Below, piece by piece: positions 47,018-55,966 of a stretch of DNA of 64,000 bases. The position numbers and the translations under genes are program-made. Source of the DNA: Prevotella sp. (GTDB lineage Bacteria > Bacteroidota > Bacteroidia > Bacteroidales > Bacteroidaceae); contig JAFTAR010000198.1 in NCBI GenBank assembly GCA_017455495.1, positions 9,536-73,535 of the forward strand, read 5' to 3'. Under the pieces are notes generated by a model. The model did no database searches, was not told the origin of the DNA, and saw only the letters and a list, made by a program, of their open reading frames with translations. Each line of letters opens with the position of its first letter. Position 1 is the stretch's first letter.

Positions 47018-49789
47018 TTAGTGGGCTTCAAGCCAGTTCTGCCCGAAGCCGCTGTCAGCCACGAGGGGAACGGCCATGTTGAGGGCCTGCTGCATCTCGT
47101 CGAGGACAATGGCCTCTACCCTACCCTTCTCTTCCGGCAGTACTGAGAAGTTCAGTTCGTCGTGCACCTGAAGAATCATCTTGCTGCGGATGCCCTCGGC
47201 CTGGAAGCGCTGGAAGATGCGTATCATGGCCACCTTGATGATGTCGGCTGCCGTGCCCTGTATGGGGGCGTTGATGGCGTTGCGCTCGGCAAAGCCGCGC
47301 ACAGTGGCGTTCTGCGAGTTTATGTCGGGCAGGTAGCGGCGCCGGCCGAAGAGTGTCTCCACGTAGCCTTTCTGGCGGGCCTCCTGCTTTGCGCGCTCCA
47401 TGTAGTCCTTCACCTTGGGGAAGGTCTGGAAGAAGCCGTCAATGAGCTGTTTGGCCTCGTCGCGGCTGATGTCGAGGCGCTCGGCCAGACCAAACACGGT
47501 GATGCCGTAGATGATGCCGAAGTTGGCCCGCTTCGACTTGGTGCGCTCGTCGCGGGTGACGTCCTCAATATTCTTTTTATATATGGTTGAGGCTGTGGCG
47601 GCATGCAGGTCCTTGCCTTCAGAGAACACGCGGATCATGTTCTCGTCCTGTGACAGATGGGCCATGACGCGCAGCTCTATCTGGCTGTAGTCGGCCGAGA
47701 AGAACAGGCAGCCCGGCTCGGGCACGAAGGCCTTGCGTATCTCCTTGCCGTCCTCGCCGCGAACGGGGATGTTCTGCAGGTTGGGGTCGCTGCTTGACAG
47801 GCGTCCCGTAGCGGTGACGCATTGGTTGAAAGAGGTGTGGATATGGCCCGTTCGCTTGTTTATCAGTAGCGGCAGGTTGTCAACGTAGGTAGAGAGGAGT
47901 TTCTTCAACCCCCTGAAAGCCAGAATGTCGGCCACTATCTCGTGCTTTCCCTGAAGCTGGGTGAGCACTTCCTCAGATGTTACGAATTGTCCCGTCTTTG
48001 TCTTCTTCGGTTTCTCTATTATCTTCATCTTTCCGAAGAGAATATCGCCAACTTGCTTTGGCGAGGATATGTTGAAGTTTTCCCCGGCCAGTTCGTATAT
48101 TCGTGCCTCAATCTCCTGCATTCTTGCTGTGAGTTCCTTGGAAGTCTGCTGAAGTGCCTGAGTGTCAAGGACTACGCCCTGCATTTCCATTTCAGCCAGC
48201 ACGGGCATGAGTGGCATCTCAATGTCGTAGAACAGGCGTTCGCAGTCGTGTTTTTTCAGCTCCGGCTCAAGGCGGTTCTTCAGTTGGAGGGTGATGTCGG
48301 CATCTTCGCAGGCATATTCATACACAAGGGTGGGGGAGAGGTCGCGCATGGAGCGCTGGTTCTTGCCCTTAGGTCCTATCAGCTCGTCTATATGAACCGT
48401 TTGGTAGTTGAGGTATGCCTCGGCCATGAAGTCCATGTTGTGACGCAGCTCTGGCTGGATGAGATAGTGGGCTATCATGGTGTCCCACATAGGACTGCAC
48501 AAACGAACGTTATAGTTTCTTAAAACTTCTAAATCGTACTTTATGTTTTGACCAACTTTAAGAATTTTTGGATTTTCGTAAACAGGCTTAAATATGTTTA
48601 CAATTTTTTGCGCTTCTTCACGATTGGCAGGAACAGGCACGTAAAAAGCCTTATGTTCCTCTACGGCGAAGCTCAAACCCACCAATTCTGCGTCTACTGG
48701 CTCGGTGGAAGTGGTCTCCGTGTCTAAACTAAGAAATTCTTTTGTCAAAAAAAACTCACAAAGAGCTTTCATTTCCTCTTTATTATCAACGAGTTTGTAT
48801 TCGTGAGCCACTGTTTTAAGGCTCTCAAAACTCGAAAATTTTGGAACGCTCGCCTCCTCGCTTTGAAATTCTTCAAAGAGAGGAAGTTGAGGATTTACGG
48901 TTTTTGGCGTTTTTTCTGTTTTTTTAAGAACTCGCTCAGCAAGGGATTTAAACTCCAGTTCGGTGAAGAGTTTTCCCAGTTTTTCCTTGTCGGGTTCCTG
49001 AAGAGTGAGGGAGTCAAGCTCCACCTCAACCGGCACGTCGGTTTTTATGGTTGCCAGGAAGTAGCTCATCTTGATGTCGTCCACATGGCTCTCTATCTTT
49101 GTCTTCAATGCGCCCTTCAGTTCGCCAGTCCTGGCAAGCAGTTGTTCCACGGAGCCGAAGTCGTGGATAAGTTTTGCGGCAGTCTTCTCGCCGACGCCCG
49201 GGCAGCCAGGAAAATTGTCGGCCGAATCGCCCATAAGTGCAAGTAGGTCGATGACCTGGGTAGGGTAGGGGATGTCGTACTTCTGGCACACCTCCTCTGG
49301 TCCCATCACTTCGTAGCCGCCGCCGTGACGCGGACGGTAGATGCGGATATGATTCTCTACAAGCTGGCCGTAGTCCTTGTCAGGAGTAAGCATATAGACC
49401 TCCGTATCCTCGTTGGCGTTTGCCAGTTTCTTGGCCAGCGTGCCAATAACGTCGTCGGCCTCGTAGCCGTCAACCTGCAGCACGGGAATGCGATAGGCAT
49501 TGAGCAGATCCTTGATGATGGGCACAGCTTTGGTGATGTCCTCGGGTGTCTTTTCGCGCTGGGCCTTGTAGGCAGGGAAGGCATCGCTGCGGAACGTGGG
49601 ACCGTGGGGGTCGAAGGCAACGCCGAGATATTTGGGCTGCTCCTTCTCTATTACCTCCTGGAGGGTGTTCACAAAACCTATTATGGCGCTGGTATTCAGG
49701 CCCTTGGAATTGATGCGCGGATTCTTGATAAAGGCGTAGTAAGAACGGAAGATGAGCGCGTAGGCATCGAGCAAAAAGAGTTTTTCCAT
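47018..49789 (-). CDS. polA: DNA polymerase I
   Basis: 5'-3' exonuclease (LLDAYALIFR, YEADD), 3'-5' exonuclease (LDTETT) and polymerase motifs (TGRLSS.DPNLQNIP, ADYSQIELR, QVHDEL). Confidence 0.98.
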   Translation of the reverse strand: MEKLFLLDAYALIFRSYYAFIKNPRINSKGLNTSAIIGFVNTLQEVIEKEQPKYLGVAFDPHGPTFRSDAFPAYKAQREKTPEDITKAVPIIKDLLNAYRIPVLQVDGYEADDVIGTLAKKLANANEDTEVYMLTPDKDYGQLVENHIRIYRPRHGGGYEVMGPEEVCQKYDIPYPTQVIDLLALMGDSADNFPGCPGVGEKTAAKLIHDFGSVEQLLARTGELKGALKTKIESHVDDIKMSYFLATIKTDVPVEVELDSLTLQEPDKEKLGKLFTELEFKSLAERVLKKTEKTPKTVNPQLPLFEEFQSEEASVPKFSSFESLKTVAHEYKLVDNKEEMKALCEFFLTKEFLSLDTETTSTEPVDAELVGLSFAVEEHKAFYVPVPANREEAQKIVNIFKPVYENPKILKVGQNIKYDLEVLRNYNVRLCSPMWDTMIAHYLIQPELRHNMDFMAEAYLNYQTVHIDELIGPKGKNQRSMRDLSPTLVYEYACEDADITLQLKNRLEPELKKHDCERLFYDIEMPLMPVLAEMEMQGVVLDTQALQQTSKELTARMQEIEARIYELAGENFNISSPKQVGDILFGKMKIIEKPKKTKTGQFVTSEEVLTQLQGKHEIVADILAFRGLKKLLSTYVDNLPLLINKRTGHIHTSFNQCVTATGRLSSSDPNLQNIPVRGEDGKEIRKAFVPEPGCLFFSADYSQIELRVMAHLSQDENMIRVFSEGKDLHAATASTIYKKNIEDVTRDERTKSKRANFGIIYGITVFGLAERLDISRDEAKQLIDGFFQTFPKVKDYMERAKQEARQKGYVETLFGRRRYLPDINSQNATVRGFAERNAINAPIQGTAADIIKVAMIRIFQRFQAEGIRSKMILQVHDELNFSVLPEEKGRVEAIVLDEMQQALNMAVPLVADSGFGQNWLEAH

Positions 49790-49877
49790 GTTGTGCTTCT
49801 TATTTTTGGTGTAAAATTACAAATTTTTTTCTCAAACTCAGATATTTTCAGTAATTTTGTGCCAAAATTTTACGATA

Positions 49878-50855
49878 ATGGATTCTCTTACCCTTATAAA
49901 GCAGCCAATAGAGCGTGAATTTGCCGACTTCATAGAGCGGTTTAACAATGCCATGACCCATACCGACGGACTGTTGGGTAATGCCCTGACACATATCCGC
50001 CAGCGGGGCGGCAAGCGCATGCGGCCACTTCTGACGCTGTTGATAGCCAAGAACTTCGGAGACATCAACGATGCCACTCAAAACGCCGCCATCGGTCTGG
50101 AATTGCTTCACACGGCCTCACTGGTCCACGACGATGTGGTAGACGAGAGCTCTGAACGCCGCGGCCAGCCCTCCCTGAATGCCACATTTAATAATAAGGT
50201 GGCAGTGCTGGTGGGCGATTATATTCTCTCAACGGCCCTTTATCACGTGGCGAAGACAGAGAATCCGCTTATCGTGGAGAACCTCTCAATGTTGGGCCGC
50301 GCTCTTGCCGAGGGCGAGATTCTGCAGCTCACGAACATACAGAATCCAGACTTCTCGGAAAAGGTCTATTACAACGTGATACGCAAGAAGACTGCCTCGC
50401 TCTTCGAATCGTGTGCCGTACTCGGATGCCTGTCTGTAAAGGTTTCCGCTGAGACTACGGAGAATGCCCGCCGCTTCGGAGAGACCCTCGGCATGATGTT
50501 CCAGATTCGCGATGACATCTTCGACTACTACGACAGCCGCGAGATAGGCAAGCCTACCGGCAACGACATGGCTGAGGGAAAGCTGACCCTGCCCGTGCTC
50601 TATGCTCTGAAGTGCGACCCCATGCGCTCCATGATAACCCTTGCGAAAAAGGTTAAGGCAGGCACCATTAACAGTGATGAAATCGCGGTTTTAGTGGAGT
50701 TTACAAAGCAGCACGGCGGCATAGAATATGCCGAGCAGCGCATGCAGGAATTCTACCGCAAGAGCATGACTTTCATTGACGAGAGTGTAAAAAAAGACGA
50801 GATACGCAACGCCCTTGTCACGTATCTCGACTATGTCATGAAGCGGCACTATTAA
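49878..50855 (+). CDS. polyprenyl diphosphate synthase (IspB-like)
   Basis: GGKRMRP, LHTASLVHDDVVD, RRG, FQIRDD.FD and GK.TLP motifs. Confidence 0.93.
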   Translation: MDSLTLIKQPIEREFADFIERFNNAMTHTDGLLGNALTHIRQRGGKRMRPLLTLLIAKNFGDINDATQNAAIGLELLHTASLVHDDVVDESSERRGQPSLNATFNNKVAVLVGDYILSTALYHVAKTENPLIVENLSMLGRALAEGEILQLTNIQNPDFSEKVYYNVIRKKTASLFESCAVLGCLSVKVSAETTENARRFGETLGMMFQIRDDIFDYYDSREIGKPTGNDMAEGKLTLPVLYALKCDPMRSMITLAKKVKAGTINSDEIAVLVEFTKQHGGIEYAEQRMQEFYRKSMTFIDESVKKDEIRNALVTYLDYVMKRHY

Positions 50856-50871
50856 CGTACCTCTCTGTTCT

Positions 50872-51046
50872 TTCTAACCTGAATTATTCATGGCAATTAC
50901 AAGAACCAGTAGAATGTTTTTGTTTTTAAACACGAATTACCACGAATCAAACATGAATTATTCAAAAATTAATTTAATGATAAATTCGTGTAGAATTCAT
51001 GGAAATTCGTGCTAAATAAAAATTCTCATGAATAATGTAGGCTTAA
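50872..51046. repeat. AT-rich MITE/REP-like element, family A, copy 2
   Basis: Imperfect terminal inverted repeats TAACCTGAATTATTCATG / CATGAATAATGTAGGCTTA with inner CACGAAT/ATTCGTG arrays, between convergent genes. Confidence 0.8.
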
Positions 51047-51059
51047 GGAAGCAGTTTGT

Positions 51060-51986
51060 TCAGAAGAACTTCACCTCCTTGCCGATTACCTCGCTGAGCA
51101 GGAGGTTGGCCAGGCGGCTGGTGCCAAGGCGCAGGTATTTGTTTGTGAGCCATTTCTCGCCCAGTACCTCTTTTACGATGGTGTAATAGATGAGGGCATC
51201 CATCACGCTGTTTAGGCCGCCGGCAGGCTTGAAACCAACCTGAATGCCCGTTTCATCGTAGTATTCCTTTATGGCTTGGCACATAACGTAGGCGGCCTCC
51301 GGAGTGGCTGCTGGCTGCTCCTTGCCGGTAGATGTCTTTATATAGTCGGCACCGGCATACATGGCAAGCAGTGAGGCTATCTTGATGTTCTTCGCGGTCT
51401 TAAGCATGCCGGTCTCAAGGATTACCTTCATGGGAGCCTCGCCGCAGGCCTCCTTCTGCTGCTGAATCTCGTCGGCAACGGTGTCGTAGTCGCCTTCAAG
51501 CAGACTGCCAACGGGCTGCACGATGTCAATCTCGGTGGCTCCGTCCTTTATGGCAAGGGCTGTCTCTACTGTTTTGACCTCAATGAGCGACTGGCTGGAG
51601 GGGAACGAGCCGCTGACGCAGGCTATCTCAACGCCGTCTACCTCAAGTGTCTCGGCAACGGTGCGGGCAAAGCGGGGATAGACGCAGATGGTGGCAACGT
51701 GGGGTAGGGTGGGGTACTCTTCGTCGAACTTGTTCACCTTTTCTGTAAAGGCCATAACGCTGGTGTCGCTGTCGGTGGTCTTCAGGGTGGTCAGTTCTAC
51801 GCTGCCCATGAGGAATTTCTTCACCTCAAGAGTGTCGTTTTCAGGCACTTTCTCAGCTATTATTTTCTTTACTGCCTCGCGTACTTCGTCGTCGCTGACT
51901 TCGAGGTTGTACTTCTTCAGAGCCTCTTCTATCTGGCTCACTGGCTGAGCGTGGTGGTGCTCGTGTTCATGATTGTGTTCTGCCAT
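51060..51986 (-). CDS. deoC: deoxyribose-phosphate aldolase
   Basis: GATEIDIV, KVILETG, GADYIKTSTGK, GFKPAGG and RLGTS motifs. Confidence 0.95.
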   Translation of the reverse strand: MAEHNHEHEHHHAQPVSQIEEALKKYNLEVSDDEVREAVKKIIAEKVPENDTLEVKKFLMGSVELTTLKTTDSDTSVMAFTEKVNKFDEEYPTLPHVATICVYPRFARTVAETLEVDGVEIACVSGSFPSSQSLIEVKTVETALAIKDGATEIDIVQPVGSLLEGDYDTVADEIQQQKEACGEAPMKVILETGMLKTAKNIKIASLLAMYAGADYIKTSTGKEQPAATPEAAYVMCQAIKEYYDETGIQVGFKPAGGLNSVMDALIYYTIVKEVLGEKWLTNKYLRLGTSRLANLLLSEVIGKEVKFF

Positions 51987-51990
51987 AATA

Positions 51991-52317
51991 TTATGCTAAT
52001 AGTTTAGGGTTTGCTATGTGTCTCAGGGAGTCGCGATTGGTCTTCTTCTTGATGCTTTTCTTAAGCTCCTCCGTCAAGTCTATGCCCGTCTGGTTGGCCA
52101 GACAAAGAAGCACCCAGAGGACGTCGGCCATTTCCTCGCCGAGGTTGTCCTTCTCTCCTGGCTTGAAGCTCTGGTCGCCGTATTTGCGGGCTATGACGCG
52201 CGCCAGCTCGCCCACCTCTTCGGTAAGGACAGCCATGTTGGTGAGCTCGGAGAAGTAGCGCACTCCGTACTCCCTAATCCATTCATCTACAACGTGTTGC
52301 GCTTCCTTTATCGTCAT
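51991..52317 (-). CDS. MazG-like nucleotide pyrophosphohydrolase
   Basis: LTEEVGELAR and EEMADVLWVL motifs. Likely start MTIKEAQ. Confidence 0.9.
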   Translation of the reverse strand: MTIKEAQHVVDEWIREYGVRYFSELTNMAVLTEEVGELARVIARKYGDQSFKPGEKDNLGEEMADVLWVLLCLANQTGIDLTEELKKSIKKKTNRDSLRHIANPKLLA

Positions 52318-52340
52318 CTTGCCAAAAGTTTTTCTTAGCT

Positions 52341-52592
52341 TCAGCCAAGTATTTCCATTAGTCTGGACCAGTATAGGATAAAGATCGTTCCTCCGCCTAC
52401 TAATAATACTACTATGGCGATGAGATTCTCGCTCAACTCGTTCTTTTTCCAGGTTACAACAGTAATGACGGCCCACAAGGCAATAAGAAGCATGCCAACT
52501 TGGAAGAGACGGCCCATTCCCGACATGAAATACCCTACTAATACTAATAGTATGCCTCCTATCCCTAAGATAAGTTTGATTTTGTCTAACAT
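52341..52592 (-). CDS. small membrane protein
   Basis: 83 aa with three hydrophobic segments, tightly packed in the operon. Confidence 0.7.
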   Translation of the reverse strand: MLDKIKLILGIGGILLVLVGYFMSGMGRLFQVGMLLIALWAVITVVTWKKNELSENLIAIVVLLVGGGTIFILYWSRLMEILG

Positions 52593-52593
52593 T

Positions 52594-53046
52594 TTATTCT
52601 TTGTTTTTGGTGTCCATACATATTGTAACAGGCCCGTCGTTAAGCAGTTCCACCTTCATGTCGGCTCCGAACTCGCCTGTTCCTACCGTTTTGCCGATGG
52701 CTTCTGAAAGGCGGGTGCAGAAGACCTCATAGAGCGGGATGGAGTGCTCGTGGCTGCCTGCTCTGTACCAAGAGGGGCGGTTGCCCTTCTTATAGCTGGC
52801 GTAGAGAGTGAACTGGCTCACCACAAGTGCCTCACCGTCAACATCTTGTATGCTGAGGTTCATCACTTCGTTTTCATCGCCGAAGATGCGCAGCGCAGCA
52901 ATCTTCTTTACAAGCCAGTCAACGTCCTCGCTGTTATCCTCGTTGCAGATGCCAAGTAGAATAAGCAGACCCTTGCCAATGGCGGATTTCTTTTGTCCGT
53001 CAATGGTAACGCATGCGTGGCTTACCCGTTGTATAACTGCTCTCAT
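52594..53046 (-). CDS. dtd: D-aminoacyl-tRNA deacylase
   Basis: MRAVIQRV, SQFTL, KGNRPS, FGADM and NDGPVT motifs. Confidence 0.96.
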   Translation of the reverse strand: MRAVIQRVSHACVTIDGQKKSAIGKGLLILLGICNEDNSEDVDWLVKKIAALRIFGDENEVMNLSIQDVDGEALVVSQFTLYASYKKGNRPSWYRAGSHEHSIPLYEVFCTRLSEAIGKTVGTGEFGADMKVELLNDGPVTICMDTKNKE

Positions 53047-53104
53047 TTCAGGCTATTTGGGTGCAAAGGTAAACGTTTTTTTTCTAATTGCCAAGGATAT
53101 TTAT

Positions 53105-53188
53105 AAAAAGGTAGTCCCTTTTTTCAAAAACCCAGCCCTTTTTTGAAAAAAGGCAGTCCCTTTTCGGAAAAAGGCAATGCTTTTTTCC
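53105..53188. repeat. degenerate ~22-bp A/T-tract palindromic repeats
   Basis: AAAAAGGYAGTCCCTTTT-like units x4. The last unit AAAAAGGCAATGCTTTTT also occurs, inverted, at about 23411-23428. Confidence 0.7.
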
Positions 53189-53215
53189 GATATGGAGTTG
53201 CGTTCTTGAATCCTC

Positions 53216-55048
53216 TTATTCTACGCTGTTGTGGAAGTGCTGATATACCAGTTTAGCTTTGGCTTCCCCGATGCAGCCGATAAGTGTTTTTAAATCAGCC
53301 TCTTGAATCTTTTTTACAGACTTAAGCTTCATCAGTAGGGCGTCCTTGGTCTTTGGTCCTATTCCCTTTATCTCGTCAAGCTCGCTGTGCAGGGCATGTT
53401 TCGAGCGTTTGTCACGGTGGAAAGTGATGGCGAAGCGGTGTACCTCGTCCTGCAGCTGAGTAAGCACGTGGAAGAGTTCTGAGTCTGTCTTCAACTGTAT
53501 GCTCATAGGCGGGAACCCGTAGAGAAGCTCGTTGGTCCGGTGCTTGTCGTTCTTGGCCAGACCGGCTATAGGAATATCCAGGTTTAGTTCATCCTGTATC
53601 ACCTCGCGGATAACCTCCATCTGCCCCTTTCCACCGTCGGCAACTATCAGGTCGGGGAGCTTCTCGTCTTCTTCCAAAAGCCTGCTGTAGCGTCTGTGAA
53701 CCACCTCTTTCATAGAGGCATAGTCGTCTGGACCCACTACGGTCTTAATGTTGTAGTGCTTATAGTCTTTTTTCGACGGTTTCATCTTCTTGAACACTAC
53801 ACAGGCCGCCACAGCATCGCTGCCGGAGATGTTTGAGTTGTCGAAGCATTCTATCTGGTAGGGTAGGGAGGGTAGGCGGAGCTTGTCTTGCAGCTCCTTC
53901 ATCAGGCGCACCTGTTTCTGCTCCGGGTTGAGCTTTTCTGCTTGTTTAAGGCGGTCGAACTTATACTGTTTGCCGTTCATTATTGACAGGTCGAGAAGAG
54001 TTTTCTTGTCGCCGAGCTTCGGAATTGTTATCTTTATGCCCTCTAAATTTATGTCTATTTCCTGCGGAAGTACAATCTCTTTTGCGTCGCTTTTGAAGCG
54101 TTCTCTTAGTTCTATTATGCCCAACTGGAGCAGTTCTTCGTCGCTCTCGTCAAGCATCTTCTTATACTCTATGGTAAAGCTCTGGTTTATGCTTCCGTTT
54201 GAGACGTGGATATAGTTTATATAGGCTATTTTTTCATCGCTCGTGATGCTGAAAACATCCACGTTGTTTATGGTATGGCTCACAACTTCGCTCCTGCTTA
54301 CAAACCCGTCAAGTGCCAGGTATTTGCGCTTCACTTCTTCTGCCTCTTCGAACCTCAGTTCCATTGCAAGCTGTTCCATTTCCGTCTTCAGGTCACGCAG
54401 TATTTGCCTTGTGTTACCCTTCAGTATTTCTCTTGCCTGCATTATGTTTTTCTGGTATTCCTCTATGCTTTGCTTACCGCAGCAAGGGCCTTTACAACGC
54501 TTGATATGGTAGTCTAAACAAACCTTGTATTTACCTGTTTCAACCCCTTCTTTTGTTATTGGAAAGCGGCACGTTCTTGGCTTGTACAGTTCTTTTATCA
54601 GGTCAAGGACAGCGTACATAGAACCAATGTGGCTGTAAGGCCCGTAGTATGTTCCCCATTTTTTGTTTATGGTACGTGTATTAAATATCCTTGGCAGGTA
54701 TTCATTAGTCACGCAAATGCTGGGGTAAGTCTTACCGTCTTTTAGCAGAACGTTGTATCTTGGGTTGTATTTCTTTATGAGGGAGTTCTCAAGCAGTAGG
54801 GCATCTTCCTCTGTATTCACCACGGTATAGGAAATGTCATGTATTTTTGAAACGAGCACCTTCGTCTTGAAGCGGTCTACTTCCGTATGGAAATAGCTTG
54901 ATACCCTGGCTTTAAGGTTCTTTGCCTTTCCAACATATATTATTGTGTGAGTATCGTCATAGAACTGGTAGCTGCCTGGTTTCTCTGGTAGCCGCCTGAC
55001 AATACCTCTTAGATATTCAAGTCTCTTCTCGTTTTCTTCCTTAGTCAT
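53216..55048 (-). CDS. uvrC: excinuclease ABC subunit C
   Basis: GIY-YIG (PGSY...IYVGKAKNL), ECFDNS, DGGKGQ, DEVHRFA and HhH motifs. Confidence 0.97.
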   Translation of the reverse strand: MTKEENEKRLEYLRGIVRRLPEKPGSYQFYDDTHTIIYVGKAKNLKARVSSYFHTEVDRFKTKVLVSKIHDISYTVVNTEEDALLLENSLIKKYNPRYNVLLKDGKTYPSICVTNEYLPRIFNTRTINKKWGTYYGPYSHIGSMYAVLDLIKELYKPRTCRFPITKEGVETGKYKVCLDYHIKRCKGPCCGKQSIEEYQKNIMQAREILKGNTRQILRDLKTEMEQLAMELRFEEAEEVKRKYLALDGFVSRSEVVSHTINNVDVFSITSDEKIAYINYIHVSNGSINQSFTIEYKKMLDESDEELLQLGIIELRERFKSDAKEIVLPQEIDINLEGIKITIPKLGDKKTLLDLSIMNGKQYKFDRLKQAEKLNPEQKQVRLMKELQDKLRLPSLPYQIECFDNSNISGSDAVAACVVFKKMKPSKKDYKHYNIKTVVGPDDYASMKEVVHRRYSRLLEEDEKLPDLIVADGGKGQMEVIREVIQDELNLDIPIAGLAKNDKHRTNELLYGFPPMSIQLKTDSELFHVLTQLQDEVHRFAITFHRDKRSKHALHSELDEIKGIGPKTKDALLMKLKSVKKIQEADLKTLIGCIGEAKAKLVYQHFHNSVE

Positions 55049-55057
55049 TTCCTTTTG

Positions 55058-55073
55058 TGTTTCACGTGAAACA
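55058..55073. promoter_or_regulatory. parS centromere-like site
   Basis: Perfect palindrome TGTTTCACGTGAAACA. Confidence 0.9.
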
Positions 55074-55157
55074 TCGCTTTCTTTAACCCTAATGTTTTCT
55101 TTATATTAACCCACCGTTTTTACTTCTAAGTTTAGTTCACTTCAAGGGGTCTTTTCT

Positions 55158-55330
55158 TTAACACGAATTACCATTAATTGACCACGAATTATTCATGAAT
55201 TAATTTATGGAAAATTCGTGTTTTATTCATGCTAATTCAAGTTTTATTCATGCTAATTCAAGTTTTATTCATGATAATTCAAGTTTAATTCATGATAATT
55301 CGTGTCTAATTCGTGGTAATTCGTGTTTAA
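55158..55330. repeat. family A-related REP array with expanded 21-bp unit
   Basis: AACACGAATTACC...GGTAATTCGTGTT inverted ends and TTTTATTCATGMTAATTCAAG-like unit x5 (55221-55325). Confidence 0.85.
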
Positions 55331-55356
55331 AATATAACAAAGTTCGTGGCTTTTGT

Positions 55357-55884
55357 TTAGATTCTCATCAGCGTTGTAAGTTCGATTCCTTCGAATTCAT
55401 CGCGCCCGTGGAGACCTTCGTCGGTTATCTCTATGATGAAGTTGATGTATGTTTTCTTCGGGTTGAAGTGCTGCACCAGTTTGTAGGCTGCCTTTGCCGT
55501 TCCTCCAGTTGCCAATAGGTCATCGTGGATAAGCACCACGTCGTTTTCGTTGATGGAATCAATATGCATCTCAATTGTGTCAACTCCATACTCCTTGCTA
55601 AATGATTCCTTGATAACCGTTGATGGCAGTTTGCCTGGCTTTCTTGCCAGCACCACGCCTGCCTTCAGCTTGACTGCCAGCGCTGCTGCCATAACGAACC
55701 CGCGGCTTTCAATGCCGACAATCTTCGTGATGCCCTTGTCCTTGTAAAGTTCATAGAGTTCGTCTACCATGATTTGCATGCATTCCGCATTTTTGTAGAG
55801 GGTGGTCACATCGCGAAAATTAATCCCTTTCTTCGGAAAATCTGGAATACACCTCAGGTTCTCCATTAGCGTTTTGTTGTTCAT
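55357..55884 (-). CDS. apt: adenine phosphoribosyltransferase
   Basis: IPDFPKKGI.F.D, GIESRGF, RKPGKLP and DDLLATGGT motifs. Confidence 0.96.
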   Translation of the reverse strand: MNNKTLMENLRCIPDFPKKGINFRDVTTLYKNAECMQIMVDELYELYKDKGITKIVGIESRGFVMAAALAVKLKAGVVLARKPGKLPSTVIKESFSKEYGVDTIEMHIDSINENDVVLIHDDLLATGGTAKAAYKLVQHFNPKKTYINFIIEITDEGLHGRDEFEGIELTTLMRI

Positions 55885-55918
55885 ACTTTCCTTTGTATTA
55901 TTTAGTTATAGGTTTCTT

Positions 55919-55934
55919 TGTTTCACGTGAAACT
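55919..55934. promoter_or_regulatory. parS centromere-like site
   Basis: TGTTTCACGTGAAACT, a 15/16 match to the consensus. Confidence 0.85.
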
Positions 55935-55966
55935 TTTTGCTTTTATCTCCTTCCTTCTTTCTGGTT

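Noticed and set aside
55207-55518. 103-aa ORF or CRISPR-like array
   Set aside because: It is a translation of a spacerless tandem repeat and overlaps apt on the opposite strand.
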